NCBI GenBank assembly: GCA_963747235.1
Contig: CAVVEU010000008.1
Location: 96,001 to 160,000 of the forward strand
From: an uncultured Candidatus Rokubacteria bacterium
GTDB taxonomy: Bacteria; Methylomirabilota; Methylomirabilia; Rokubacteriales; CSP1-6
Direction: 5' to 3'
Length of the DNA stretch: 64,000 nt
In this document: positions 21,090-33,612 of the stretch, one piece after another
Layout of the letters: the number at the start of each line of letters is the position of its first letter
How positions within the stretch are numbered: position 1 is the stretch's first letter
Translations under genes and position numbers: made by a program
Notes under the pieces: generated by a model
Told to the model about the DNA's origin: nothing
The model's database searches: none
The model's input: the letters and a program-made list of their open reading frames with translations, nothing else

Positions 21090-21955
21090 ACATTTCCGGC
21101 GATCCAGCCCTCGCTCTCGCGGGCGGTGCGCTCTTCGTCGTCGGTGAGATCGGCCGGCCGGGCGAGGGAACGCCCGAGCGCATCGGGCGCGTCCAGCGCC
21201 CAGTCGCGGACCGCGGCGACCTGGCATTGATCCTTGATCGGGTAGGGCTGATCGCGGCAGTCGATCAGGCTCGGCCAGAGCTCGGCGATCACGATGCTGT
21301 CGCGCTCCACCGCTGCGTCCCACGCGGTCTCGAACGGCCAGAGCCGCGCGCGCGACCCGAGCGCCGGGTCCGTGAGCAGGCGGTGGACGGCGGGCAGGCC
21401 CACCAGCGTTTGCGAGCCGACCGAGGCGCGCGTGAAGAGCTTCCACGGGCTCTGGATGCGCCGCGACGCCAGCCGGCGCTCGACCAGCCGGCCGTCGCTG
21501 ATGCGCGGCGGGAAGGGGCGCGGCCTCGTCGGGCTCAGGTGCGGATACACGTGATTTGCGGGATGGCCCCAGAACGGGCCATCGAAGTCCCCGCCGAACG
21601 CGGCCTGGATCTCGCGGTTCAGGACCCCGGCGACCTCGAACCGATTGTTCGCGCCGTCGGGCTCGTCGCGGATCAGGCCGTCCAGCTTGGCGCAGAGCGC
21701 GCGGCCGGCGGGGAGTCCCGCGTCGGCCGGATAGCCGAACGCGAAGTCGAAGCCCACGAAGGCCGCGCCAGGCTCGCCCACGAGCAGGCCGAAGATGAAG
21801 CCTTCCGCCTCGAGCCGGGTGCGGAAGTAGCGGGGCGCGGGTCGAGGCTCGCCGGCGCGGCCCCACGCGACCCAGCAGCGGTCCCGCGCGGGCTTCGCCG
21901 GGCCCCGCGTCGAGGCCGCCGACCAGTCCGCGACGACGACCAGCCGGAAGCTCAG
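21086..21955 (-). CDS. Hypothetical protein, probably DUF429-related RNase H-like fold; start uncertain
   Basis: VADWSAA, GFDFAFGYP, AELWP, EGWI acidic motifs; overlaps both neighbours. Confidence 0.55.
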   Translation of the reverse strand: MSFRLVVVADWSAASTRGPAKPARDRCWVAWGRAGEPRPAPRYFRTRLEAEGFIFGLLVGEPGAAFVGFDFAFGYPADAGLPAGRALCAKLDGLIRDEPDGANNRFEVAGVLNREIQAAFGGDFDGPFWGHPANHVYPHLSPTRPRPFPPRISDGRLVERRLASRRIQSPWKLFTRASVGSQTLVGLPAVHRLLTDPALGSRARLWPFETAWDAAVERDSIVIAELWPSLIDCRDQPYPIKDQCQVAAVRDWALDAPDALGRSLARPADLTDDEERTARESEGWIAGNV

Positions 21956-22983
21956 GGCGTGAGGACGATCTTGCCGAACTGCTTGCCCTCCGCGAGGCGT
22001 CGCTGCGCCTCGACGCCGTCCTTGAGCGGCATCACCGTGTCCACGATGGCCCGCAGCCGCCCCGCGAAGAGCTGGCCCATGACCGTGTTGAACTCGGCGT
22101 CGTTCGACATCGTGGAGCCGATGATCGAGAGCTGCTTCCAGAACACGAGCCGGATGTCGGTCTCGGCGATCGGGCCCGAGGTGGCCCCGCAGGTGACGAT
22201 GCGCCCGCCCTTGGCCACGGTGCGGATCGCGCCCTTCCAGGTGGCGGCGCCCACGTTCTCCAGGATCACGTCCACCCCGCGCCGGCCCGTCTTCTGGCCG
22301 ATCACCTTGACCCAGTCCTCCTTCGCGTAGTTGATGCACTCGTCGGCGCCCAGGGCCCGCGCGCGCTCGAGCTTCTCGTCGCTGGAGGAGGTGACCCACA
22401 CGCGCGCGCCGCAGAGCTTGCCGATCTGCACCGCGGTGGACGACACGCCGCCGCCCACGCCGAGGATCAGCAGGTCCTCGCCCGGCGCGCAGCCGCGCCT
22501 GGGTGACCAGCATGCGCCAGGCGGTCATGTTCACGAGGATGAAGGCCGCCGCGTCCTCGTAGCGGATCGCGGCCGGGCAGCGGGAGGACGTGACGCGCGT
22601 CCACCTTCACGTACTCGGCGAGGCCCGCCGTGGGTGTGCTCGCCCAGGATGCCGTACTTCACGCACATGCTGTGCTCGCCGCGCCGGCAGTACTCGCAGC
22701 GGCCACACGAGAGGTTCGGGTTCACCGCGACGCGATCGCCCACCTTGACGTCCCGCACCGCCGCGCCCACCTGGGCCACGTCGCCCGCGATGTCGCAGCC
22801 GGTCCAGAAGGGCAGGGGCAGGGTGAGGCCGGGCAGGCCCTCGCGGACGAAGAGATCGAGGTGGTTCAGCGCCACCGCGCGCACGCGGACCAGGACGTCG
22901 CCCGCGCCGATCGCCGGGTCCGCGACGTCCTGGTACCGGAGCCTGTCGAGCCCGCCGTGCTCCTGGAAGGCGAGCGCCTTCAA
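21952..22983 (-). CDS. Zinc-binding alcohol dehydrogenase / MDR oxidoreductase; several frameshifts 22490-22620
   Basis: ALNHLD, CGRCEYC...C structural Zn, GVGGGVS, TCGATSG, FGKIVL; TTGA overlap with ccr. Confidence 0.85.
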
Positions 22984-24220
22984 GCGGCGCCGAGTCCCGC
23001 CTTCGGCGCGTTCACCAGCACCGCCATGTTGCCGTAGGGGTGCTTGTTGTCGAGCATGAGCTGGTGGCACTCGGGCAGCTCGTCGAAGCCGTAGGTCTGC
23101 GAGAGGCACGGGTCCACCTTGCCCGCGTCCACCAGGCGTCGTCACCGCCAGCGCCTGCTGATCGTTCGAGAGGTGGCTGCCCTGGAAGCGCTTCTGGCGC
23201 ATCCAGTGATAGCGCAGATCGAGCGTGACGTTGTAGCCGGTGGTGCCCGCGCAGATCACGATCATGCCGCCGGTGCCGCAGACGAACTCGGAGGTGGGCA
23301 GGGTGGCCTCGCCCGGATGCTCGAAGACGATACGCGGACTCACCCGCTCGCCGAGGGCGTCCCAGATCGCCTTGCCGAAGGCGCGCGCGCCCTTGGCCCA
23401 GTTGCCGTAGGCCTTGCCGTCCTTCGTGTCGGGCATCACGCCCCAGTGATCGAACTGCGAGCGATTGATGACCCCGACCGCGCCGTGGTCCATGCAGAAC
23501 TTCTTCTTGGCGTCGTCGGAGACCACCGCGATGGCGCGGCCGCCCTGCGCGCGGACGATCTCGAGCGCGAGGCTGCCGAGGCCGCCGGTGGCGCCCCAGA
23601 CCAGCACCACGTCGCCCTTCTCGACGGTGTGCGGCTCCCAGCCCATCAGCATGCGGTAGGCGGTGGAGGCGCAGAGGAGGAAGCAGCCCGAGGCCTCCCA
23701 GGTGAGCCGCTTGGGCTTGGCGATGCACTGGTGCGCCTGGGCGCGGGCGAACTGGCAGTAGCTGCCGTAGTTGGTCTGGTAGCCCCAGATGCGGGTGGAC
23801 TCGGCCAGCATCGGGTCCTTGCCGGAGAGCACCCACGGATCGTCCGGGCCGCCACCAGCCGCTGTGCACGATGACCTCGTCGCCGACCTTGACGTGCTTG
23901 ACGTCCTTGCCCGTCGCCCACACGATGCCGGAGCAGTCGCTGCCGCCCGCGTGGAAGTCCTCCGGCTCGCCCAGCTTCAGGCGCTCCGCGATGACGTCGA
24001 GGGGCTGGCCGAGCGCGGCCCACACGTTGTTGTAGTTGATGCCCGAGGCCATCACGTAGATCAGCACCTCGTCGGGGCCGATGGTGGGCGTGGGCAGCAC
24101 CTCGCGCTTCCACGCGTCGCGCGGCTGGCCGAAGCGGTTCTGCCGGACCGCGAACGCGTGCATCCGCTTCGGGACTTCTCCGAGCGGCGGCTTGTCACCC
24201 AGGTCGTAGAGATCTGCCAT
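22980..24220 (-). CDS. ccr: Crotonyl-CoA carboxylase/reductase family; frameshifts near 23850 and 23140
   Basis: [42 protein letters not shown]. Confidence 0.9.
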
Positions 24221-24234
24221 GAAGGCCTCCGGGC

Positions 24235-25044
24235 CTATCGGCCCTTGAAGTTGGCGCGCTTCCGCTCGGCGGCGGCCTTGAGGCCCGCCTTGCGGTCCTC
24301 GGAGAGGAGCGGGCCCGAGCATTGCGCCGTCTCCCAGTCGAGCCACGCGCCGAGGTCGCCGTAGTAGGTGCCGTTGATCGCCCGCTTCGCGGCCTGCACC
24401 GCGAGCGGCGCGTTGGCCGCGATCTCGCCGGCCAGCTCGGCCACGCGCGCCTGCAGCTCACCCGCCGGGTACACCGCCTGCACGAGCCCGATGCGGAGCG
24501 CCTCCGCGGCGTCGAAGCGCCGGGCGGAGTAGATCAGCTCCTTGGCCTTCCCGATGCCGACCGTGCGCGGCAGCCGCTGCGTGCCGCCCATGTCGGGCAC
24601 GAGGCCGAGCTGCACCTCCGGGATCGAGAAGAGCGTGCCCTCGGCGGCCAGGCGCACGTCGCAGCAGAGCGCCAGCTCGAGGCCCGCGCCCATGCACGCG
24701 CGCTGGATGGCGCCGATGACCGGCACCCGGAGCGCCTCCACCGCGGAGAAGGACGCCTGGTGCCCCGCCAGGTGCTGGCGGATGCGGTCCAGCGCCTGGC
24801 CGGGCGACATGTCCTCCAGCGCGGTGGTGAGCGTCGAGCCCGCCTTCACGTCGAGGCCCGCGCAGAAGCAGCCGCCCGCGCCCATCAGGACGGCCACGCG
24901 CACGTCGGGCGCCGCGTCCACCACCTTGCAGGCCTCGCCGATGCCGTGCCACATCTCGTTGTCGAGCGCGTTCAGCCGCTCGGGCTTGTTCAGCATGATG
25001 GTGGCGACGTCGCCCTTGATCTCCACCTGCACCTTGTCGGTCAT
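24235..25044 (-). CDS. Enoyl-CoA hydratase/isomerase
   Basis: [28 protein letters not shown]. Confidence 0.92.
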   Translation of the reverse strand: MTDKVQVEIKGDVATIMLNKPERLNALDNEMWHGIGEACKVVDAAPDVRVAVLMGAGGCFCAGLDVKAGSTLTTALEDMSPGQALDRIRQHLAGHQASFSAVEALRVPVIGAIQRACMGAGLELALCCDVRLAAEGTLFSIPEVQLGLVPDMGGTQRLPRTVGIGKAKELIYSARRFDAAEALRIGLVQAVYPAGELQARVAELAGEIAANAPLAVQAAKRAINGTYYGDLGAWLDWETAQCSGPLLSEDRKAGLKAAAERKRANFKGR

Positions 25045-25055
25045 CAGTGGCCCCT

Positions 25056-26072
25056 CTATCCATTGAACGCCCGCACCATCGCGGGCAGGCGCGGATCGTT
25101 GACGTTCGGCTGGTACGGCTGATAGAGCCCGGTGCGATCGAGCAGGCCCTGGTAGCGCTCCATGATCTTCGCGTGCAGGTTCTCGTAGGTCGCGGTCACC
25201 GCGTAGGTGTCGAGCATCTCGTCGGTGATGAGATCGGCCATGCCCTGCCAGTCGCCCTCCACCGACTTGCGGTGGAGCTGGCCCGTGACGGCCTCCCAGC
25301 CGTGCGCGGCCAGCACCGGCTGGTAGGTGCGCGTGGAGCCGTAGAAGGCGATCTGCTGCTTCACGGTCTGGGCCTGCGCGGCCCGCTCCTTCTCGGTGTC
25401 GCCCACCACCACGAAGGTGGCCGTCGCGTAGGTGAAGTCCTTGCGCGAGCGCCCGGAGCGCTTCAGCCCTTCCTCCACCGCGGGGTGCACGATCTCGCGG
25501 AGGTACTTCGGCGAGTTGAACGGGTGCACGTGCATGCCGTCGCACAGCTCGCCCGCGATGCGGCACATGAGCGGATTCACCGCCGCGATGTAGATCGGGA
25601 TCTTCGGGTGATCGATGGGCCCCGGGTTGAAGAAGGGCGTCATGACGTCGAAGGTGTAGAACTGCCCCTTGAAGGCGAGCTTGGTGCCGTTCTGCCAGCA
25701 GTCCCAGATGGTGCGGATGGCGCGGATGGCCTCCGCCATCTTGGGCCCGGGCGACTCGAACTTCACCGAGAAGCGCCGCTCGTTGTGCGCCTTCACCTGG
25801 GTGCCGAGCCCGAGCGTGAAGCGCCCGGCCGAGGCCTTCTGCAGGTCCCAGGCGATGTGCGCGGTGATCATGGGGCTGCGCGAGAACACCGTCGCGATGT
25901 TGGTGCCGAGCTTGATGCGCGAGGTCGAGGTCGCGGCCACCGCGACCGGCAGGTACGGATCGTGCTGGGTCTCCGACGACCAGAGGCAGTCATAGCCCAT
26001 GGCCTCGACCTTCCGGGCATAGTCGGGGAGGCTCTTGAGATCGTGGGTCAGCATGGACACGTCGAGCTTCAC
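25056..26072 (-). CDS. LLM-class, probably F420-dependent oxidoreductase
   Basis: SETQHDP, RFTLGLGTQV, MTPFFNPGP, HVHPF, IAFYGST; GTG start with GAGGAG SD. Confidence 0.88.
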   Translation of the reverse strand: MKLDVSMLTHDLKSLPDYARKVEAMGYDCLWSSETQHDPYLPVAVAATSTSRIKLGTNIATVFSRSPMITAHIAWDLQKASAGRFTLGLGTQVKAHNERRFSVKFESPGPKMAEAIRAIRTIWDCWQNGTKLAFKGQFYTFDVMTPFFNPGPIDHPKIPIYIAAVNPLMCRIAGELCDGMHVHPFNSPKYLREIVHPAVEEGLKRSGRSRKDFTYATATFVVVGDTEKERAAQAQTVKQQIAFYGSTRTYQPVLAAHGWEAVTGQLHRKSVEGDWQGMADLITDEMLDTYAVTATYENLHAKIMERYQGLLDRTGLYQPYQPNVNDPRLPAMVRAFNG

Positions 26073-26135
26073 GGGCGTTCTCCTCGCTCGGGGTTCGGCC
26101 AGAAGCATACCTTACTTGAGGGGTATAACCATACG

Positions 26136-27361
26136 GTGCCCCTCTACCGCGGCTGGTCCGTCGTCATCGCCTGCGGCATCCTCGCGAGCTTCTCCTGGGG
26201 CCTCGGCTTCTACGGCCTGGGCGTCTATCTCCACGCCCTCAACCACCTGCACGGCTGGTCCACGGGCCTGATCTCGGTCGCGGTGACCGTCTACTACTCG
26301 CTCAGCGCCGGCTGCCTCGTGGTGGTCGGCGGCCTCATCGACCGCCACGGGCCGCGCGGCGTGCTGACCTACGGCGTCGCTGACGATGGCCGCGGCGGTG
26401 GCGCTCCTCGGCGTGATCACGGCGCCCTGGCAGCTCTTCGTCGTCTACGTGGTGATGGCCACGTCGTGGTCGTGTCTCAGCTCCACCGGGCTCAGCAGCA
26501 CGCTGCTGCCCTGGTTCGGCCGCCGCCAGGGCCTCGCGATGACGCTGGCCCTGACCGGCGCCAGCGTGGGCGGCATGGTGCTGGTGCCGATCCTGGTCGC
26601 GCTGGCGCAAACGTCACGGCTTCCGGTACGCCACGACGGCCGTGAGCGTGGCCTTGCTCGCGATCGGCCTCCCCCTCGTCTGGCTGGTGATCGGCGGGCG
26701 CCCGACCCCCGCGCAGGTGGCGGTCGAGCTCTGCCGCGACGGCGAATCCGAAGCGCCGGCCGAGGGCACGCTGCAGTCGAAGGTGTGGACGCGGCAGGAG
26801 GTCCTGCGCGTGCCGCTACTCTGGACGCTGATGGTGCCCTTCGCGCTGGCGCTGGCCGCCCAGGTCGGCTTCCTCGTCCACCAGATCAGCGTGCTCGAGC
26901 CCTACCTGGGCGAGAGCCACGCCGCGCTGACGGTGAGCGCGACCACCGTGGCCGCGCTGCTCGGCCGCATCGCCATCGGCGTGCTCTCGGACCGCGTGAA
27001 CCTGCGCAAGCTCTCCGCGGTCAACATCGGCGCCCAGGGCGTGGCGCTCGCGGTGATGGCCGCGTGGCCGTCGCCGACCGTGCTGGTGGCCGCCAGCCTG
27101 GTCTTCGGCCTGGGCGTCGGCAACCTCATCACGTTCCCGCCGCTGCTCGCCCGCGAGGAGTTCGGCCAGCGCTCGTTCGGCACCGTGTTCGGCCTGGTGG
27201 GCGCGGCGACGCAGGCCGGGGTCGCGCTCGGCCCGGGCCTGATGGGGCTGCTGCACGACCTGCTCGGGAGCTATCAGACCGCGCTGTGGTGCCTGGTGGC
27301 GCTCGAGGGGATCGCCGCGGTCTCCGTCCTCGGGGGCCGGGCCCTCCGCGACGATCCGTGA
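26136..27361 (+). CDS. MFS transporter; frameshifts near 26380 and 26610
   Basis: GGLIDRHGPR, multiple TMs across three ORFs. Confidence 0.82.
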
Positions 27362-27387
27362 TATACCCCTCCGCAAGGGAGGGCGCC

Positions 27388-28054
27388 ATGGCCAGGAAGG
27401 GCACCGGGCTTCTGATGGTGTGGGCGGACGTGCCGGCGAACAAGGAAGACGAGTTCAACCGCTGGTACAACGAGGAGCATCTGCCGGAGCGCATGGCGAT
27501 CCCCGGCTTCCTGAGCGGGGCCCGGTACGAGGCCGTGAAGGGCGGGCCGAAGCACCTCGCCTACTATGAGCTGGAGAGCGCGGCGGTGCTGGAGACCCCG
27601 GCCTACAAGAAGGTCCAGGCCAATCCCACCGAGTGGACGAAGCGGTCCGGGCCGGGGACCATCGCCACGACGTTCATCCGGAACGTCTACACGCATGATC
27701 CATCCCCAGGCGATCACGCCGGCCATCGCGGGCGCCCCGATGGCGCCGGTGCTCCAGATCGGCCGCATGAGCGTGCCGCCCGCCGTCGATGCCGCGTTCA
27801 ACACCTGGTACAGCACGGTCTACGTGCCGAACTACGAGAAGGTGCCCGGGGTGATCCGCGGCCGGCGCTACCGCGCGGTGGAGGGCACGCCGACCTATCT
27901 GACGCTCTACGAGTTCGAGCACCCCAAGGTCTCGGAGAGCCCCGCGTGGATGGCCCAGCGCGACGCCGTGCCGGCGAACGAGCAGATGCGGAAGAACATG
28001 ACGCACGCGCCCGGCTCGCCGGGGGTCTACGTCAAGACGGTCGAGCTGAAGTAG
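27388..28054 (+). CDS. Tandem DUF4286/EthD-like barrel protein; frameshift near 27693
   Basis: Two repeats: FNRWYNEEHLPER...PGF and FNTWY...VPGV. Confidence 0.72.
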
Positions 28055-28055
28055 C

Positions 28056-28923
28056 TCACTCCTGCGCCGCGCTGCGCACGCTCTGCATCTTGGGATCGAG
28101 CAGATCGCGCAGCCCGTCGCCGAAGAGGTTCAGCCCGAGGATGCAGCCCATGATGGCGGCCCCCGGGAACAGGGTGAGCCAGGGCGCCTGCTGCAGGTAG
28201 AGGCGGCCTTCCGCCAGCACGTTGCCCCATGACGGGATCTGGGGCGGCACGCCCACGCCCAGGAACGACAGGGCGGCCTCGCCCAGGACGGCCGCCGCGA
28301 AGATGAACGTGCCCTGCACGATGACCGGCGAGAGGCAATTCGGCAGCACGTGGCGCGCCAGCACGAGCCGGTCGGGCACGCCCAGCGCGAGGGCGGCCTC
28401 CACGTAGGGCGTCTCGCGGATCACCAGCACCGAGCCGCGCACGATGCGCGCCACCCGCGGCACGTACACGACGCCGAGCGCGACGATGACGTTGGCCACG
28501 CTCGGTCCGAGCGACGCCATGAGGGCGATCGCCAGGATGATGGGCGGGAACGCCATGAACCCGTCCATGATCCGCATCAGGACATTGTCGAGCGGCCGGT
28601 AGTAGCCGCCGAGCAGGCCGAAGATGATCCCGCCCACGAACGAGAAGAGCATGACCACACCGCCCACCAGCATGGAGAGCCGGGTCCCGTAGACCACCCG
28701 GCTCCAGACGTCCCGGCCCACGTCGTCGGTGCCCATCCAGTGGGTCAGGGTGGGCGGGGCCAGGCGCGCCTTGACGTCGAGGAGCTGCGGCTCCCAGCGC
28801 CCGATCACGGGCGCGAACGACGGCCACCAGCACGTTGAGGGCCACCAGGATCGCGCCGATCATGGCGATTCGCCGGCGCCGCAGGAGCCGCAGCCACCGC
28901 CAGCGGGCCGCGGGATCGCTCAC
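28056..28923 (-). CDS. Peptide/nickel ABC permease (DppC-type); frameshift near 28820
   Basis: MGTDDVGRD, YVEAA, EAALSFLG, NLFGDGLRD. Confidence 0.9.
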
Positions 28924-29864
28924 TGGTAGCGAATCCGCGGATCGATCGTCAGGTAGACCAGGTCCACCAGCAGGTTGATCAGGGTGTAGGTGAGGGCGAT
29001 GATCAGCACCACGCCCTGGATCACCGGGTAGTCGCGCCGGAGCACCGCCGAGATGATGAGGCGTCCCAGCCCCGGGATGTTGAACACGGTCTCGATCACC
29101 ACCGCGCCCCCGATCAGGATGGCGAACGTGATGCCGATCACGGTGAGCGTCGGGATGATCGCGTTCTTGAGCGCGTGCTTGTACACGACCGCGCGCTCGG
29201 CCAGGCCCTTGGCGCGGCTGGCCAGGATGTACTGCTCGCGCAGCACGTCGAGCATGCTCGAGCGGGTGATGCGGGCGATCAGGGCGGACTGCACGAGCCC
29301 GAGCGAGACGGCCGGCATGAGGAGCGAGCGCGCGTTGGGCCAGAGGCCCATGTCGAGCGGCACGTAGCCGGCCACCGGCAGCCAGCGCAGCCAGACCCCG
29401 AAGACCAGGATCATCAGGAGCCCGAGCAGGAAGTTGGGGATGGAGAGGCCGATCAGGGCCAGCCCCATGAAGGACTGGTCCACCGCGGTGTTGTGGTAGC
29501 GCGCCGAGACGATGCCGGCGGGCACGCCGATCAGCACCGCGATCAGGGTGGCCCAGCCCGTCAGCAGCAGGGTCGGCTCGACGCGCTCCAGGATCGCCTC
29601 GGTGACCGGGCGGCGCAGGAAGATGGAATCGCCCAGGTCCCCGCGGAGGAGGCGCCCGTACCAGCGCACGAGCTGGGCGGGCAGCGGCTCGTCGAGGCCC
29701 AGGTTCGTGCGCAGCCGCGCGACGTCTCCGGGCGTCGCGTCCGGGCCGGCGATGATGCTGGCCGGATCGCCCGGCGCCAGGTGGATCAGGACGAACGTGA
29801 CGGTGGCCACCACGAGCATCACCGGGATGACCGCCAGCACCCGGCGGAGCAGGTAGGTCTGCAC
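28920..29864 (-). CDS. Peptide/nickel ABC permease (DppB-type)
   Basis: PGDPA, RAKGL, ETVFNIPGLG, RDYP, DPRIR. Confidence 0.93.
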   Translation of the reverse strand: MQTYLLRRVLAVIPVMLVVATVTFVLIHLAPGDPASIIAGPDATPGDVARLRTNLGLDEPLPAQLVRWYGRLLRGDLGDSIFLRRPVTEAILERVEPTLLLTGWATLIAVLIGVPAGIVSARYHNTAVDQSFMGLALIGLSIPNFLLGLLMILVFGVWLRWLPVAGYVPLDMGLWPNARSLLMPAVSLGLVQSALIARITRSSMLDVLREQYILASRAKGLAERAVVYKHALKNAIIPTLTVIGITFAILIGGAVVIETVFNIPGLGRLIISAVLRRDYPVIQGVVLIIALTYTLINLLVDLVYLTIDPRIRYQ

Positions 29865-29870
29865 GCCTCC

Positions 29871-31407
29871 CTACTTGGCCAGCCAGCTATTCCAGAAGTA
29901 CATCCGCGGCGCGGTGCGGAAGTCGCCCCGGAGCTCGCGGCGCGCGGCATCCAGCGTGAAGTAGTCGCCCAGCTTGACGCTGCCCACGTCCTCGTAGAAC
30001 ACGTTCTGGATGCGGTCGATGATGGCCTTGCGCTTCTTGAGGTCGTTCTCGCCCTGCAGGTCGGCGAGCAGCCGCTCCTTCTCCTCGTTGCACCACCAGC
30101 CCTGGAACGTGCAGCGGAGCGCGACGTGGTTGGCCGGATCGGCGGAGAAGACGAAGCCGGTCGAGAAGACCTCCCACAGCTCGGGCTTCTGGGTGCGGTT
30201 GTTGAGCGTGGCCCAGTCCACCACCTGGAGATCCACCGCGATGCCCACTTCCTCGAGCTGCTGCTTGGCCACCAGCGCATTCTTGTACATGAACTCGTAC
30301 TCGCGCGTGGTGATCCAGCGGAGCGGCTGGCCGGCGTAGCCCGCCTCCTTGAGGAGGCGCTTCGCCTTCTCCTTGTCCTTCTGGTTGTAGAGCTTGGCGC
30401 TGGCCGTCGAGTGCCAGGGCTGCTCGGGGAAGAACACGCCCGGGTCGAGCCGGTAGAACTCCGCGAGCCGAAGCCCGCCACCAGGATCGGCTCCATGTCG
30501 AGCGCGGCCTGGAAGGCCTGGCGGATCTTCTTCTGGCTCATGAGCGACGACTTGTGGTTCATGACCGCGACCGCCCAGCCGCGCGGCTTGACGATCCGCG
30601 ACTCCAGCGCGGGCAGGCCCTTGATGCGATCGTAGGAGTCCTGCTTGACGAACATCGCATGGTGGTACTCGCCGGTCTCGACCCCGGCCAGGCGCACCGC
30701 GGTCTCGGGCACGGTGAGGAACAGGATCTCGTCGAAGTAGGCGGTGCGCTTGCCGCCGAAGCCGCTGGGCGGCTCCGATCGCGCGCTGTAGTCCTTGAAC
30801 TTGGCCAGCTTGATGTGCCGGTCCGGCCGGTGCTCCACGAAGCGGAAGGGGCCGGTGCCGATGAACTCCTTGAGCTGGCCCTCGCCCGCGGCCTCGATGC
30901 TCTCCTTCGGGTAGACGGCCGCGTGCGGCTCGGAGAGCCCGTAGATGAGCGAGCTCGAGGGCTGCTTCATGCTGATCACGACGGTGTAGGGATCCTTGGC
31001 GTCCACGCTCTCCACGTACTTCCAGAGCGCGCGACCCACCGAGGCCACCCGGCCCCAGCGCTGGAGCGACGGCACCACGTCGGCCGAGGTCATCTCCTTG
31101 CCGTTGTGGAACTTGACGCCCTTGCGGAGCACGATCGTGTAGCTTGAGGCCCTTGTCGGTCGAGCGTCTACGACTCGGCCAGCAGGGGCACCGGGTTGAA
31201 GTTCTTGTCGTAGGTGAAGAGCGACTCGTTGACGTGCCACATGATCTCGTAGACGAGCGTGGCGGTGCTCATCGGGATGTCGAGCGTGGGCGGCTCGCCG
31301 ATCGACGCGACCTTCAGCACGCCCCCCATGCGCGGGGTCTCCTGGGCGGCGGCGGGCATCACGAAGGCAAGGCTCGCGGCGAGGACGATGAGCGAGAACC
31401 GTTTCAT
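29871..31407 (-). CDS. Family 5 ABC substrate-binding protein; frameshifts near 31165 and 30460
   Basis: Signal peptide, EPPTLD, LRKGVKFHNG, GTGPF. Confidence 0.9.
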
Positions 31408-31442
31408 GGACGTCTCCTTGGGTCGAGCTGCGATGAGGGCGG

Positions 31443-31936
31443 CTACCGTCGTCCCTTCAGGAACCAGTCGACTGCCGCCGAGCCATCGGTGCTCTCGGGC
31501 TCCTGCGCCGGCGCCGGCGGCGCCGCGGTCGGCGCAGCCGGCGGAGGCGGCGTCACCACGACCGGCGGCGGAGCCGGTAGCGGCGCGACCCGGGCTGGTG
31601 CCGGCACGACGGCGGCGGCGGCGGTGTCGCCGGCGGTGGTGGCGTCGCTTTGGGCTGGGCCACGCGTGGCGGCTCCGCCTTCGGGCGGGGCGCGGGAGCC
31701 GGAGGGGCCGCTGCCACAGGGGGAGCAGGCTTCGCGGGCGCCTCGATGAGCAGGATCGCGCCAGGCTCGACTTTCGCGACGCGGCCCACGATCTCGCCGT
31801 CGGGGTCGCGCGAGCGATCGACCGGATACTCGGTGGGCTGCGCCAGGCGGAGCACCAGCATCGCCGCACCAGCCAGGAGCGCCAGGCTTCCGACCGCGGC
31901 ACCGAATACGACGAGGCGAGCAACGACGGGCTTCAC
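31443..31936 (-). CDS. Membrane-anchored proline-rich protein; frameshift near 31610
   Basis: N-terminal TM, long Pro/Ala linker, C-terminal DGSAAVDWFLKGRR. Confidence 0.6.
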
Positions 31937-31957
31937 TTCCTCACTTGCTGATGGCCC

Positions 31958-31986
31958 CTGATACAATGCCGGCGGCAGGCTGTCAA
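31958..31986. promoter_or_regulatory. Overlapping divergent promoters
   Basis: Minus strand TTGACA-17-TATCAG; plus strand extended -10 TGA-TACAAT (31959-31967). Confidence 0.55.
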
Positions 31987-32018
31987 GGGCGCGTTCCCCA
32001 CCACTCGGGAGGCCTCCC

Positions 32019-33604
<1,586 letters not shown>

Positions 33605-33612
33605 CAGGGGCC

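Noticed and set aside
31500-31720. GGC/CCG-rich repetitive tract
   Set aside because: Encodes a Pro/Ala linker; no regular repeat-spacer period
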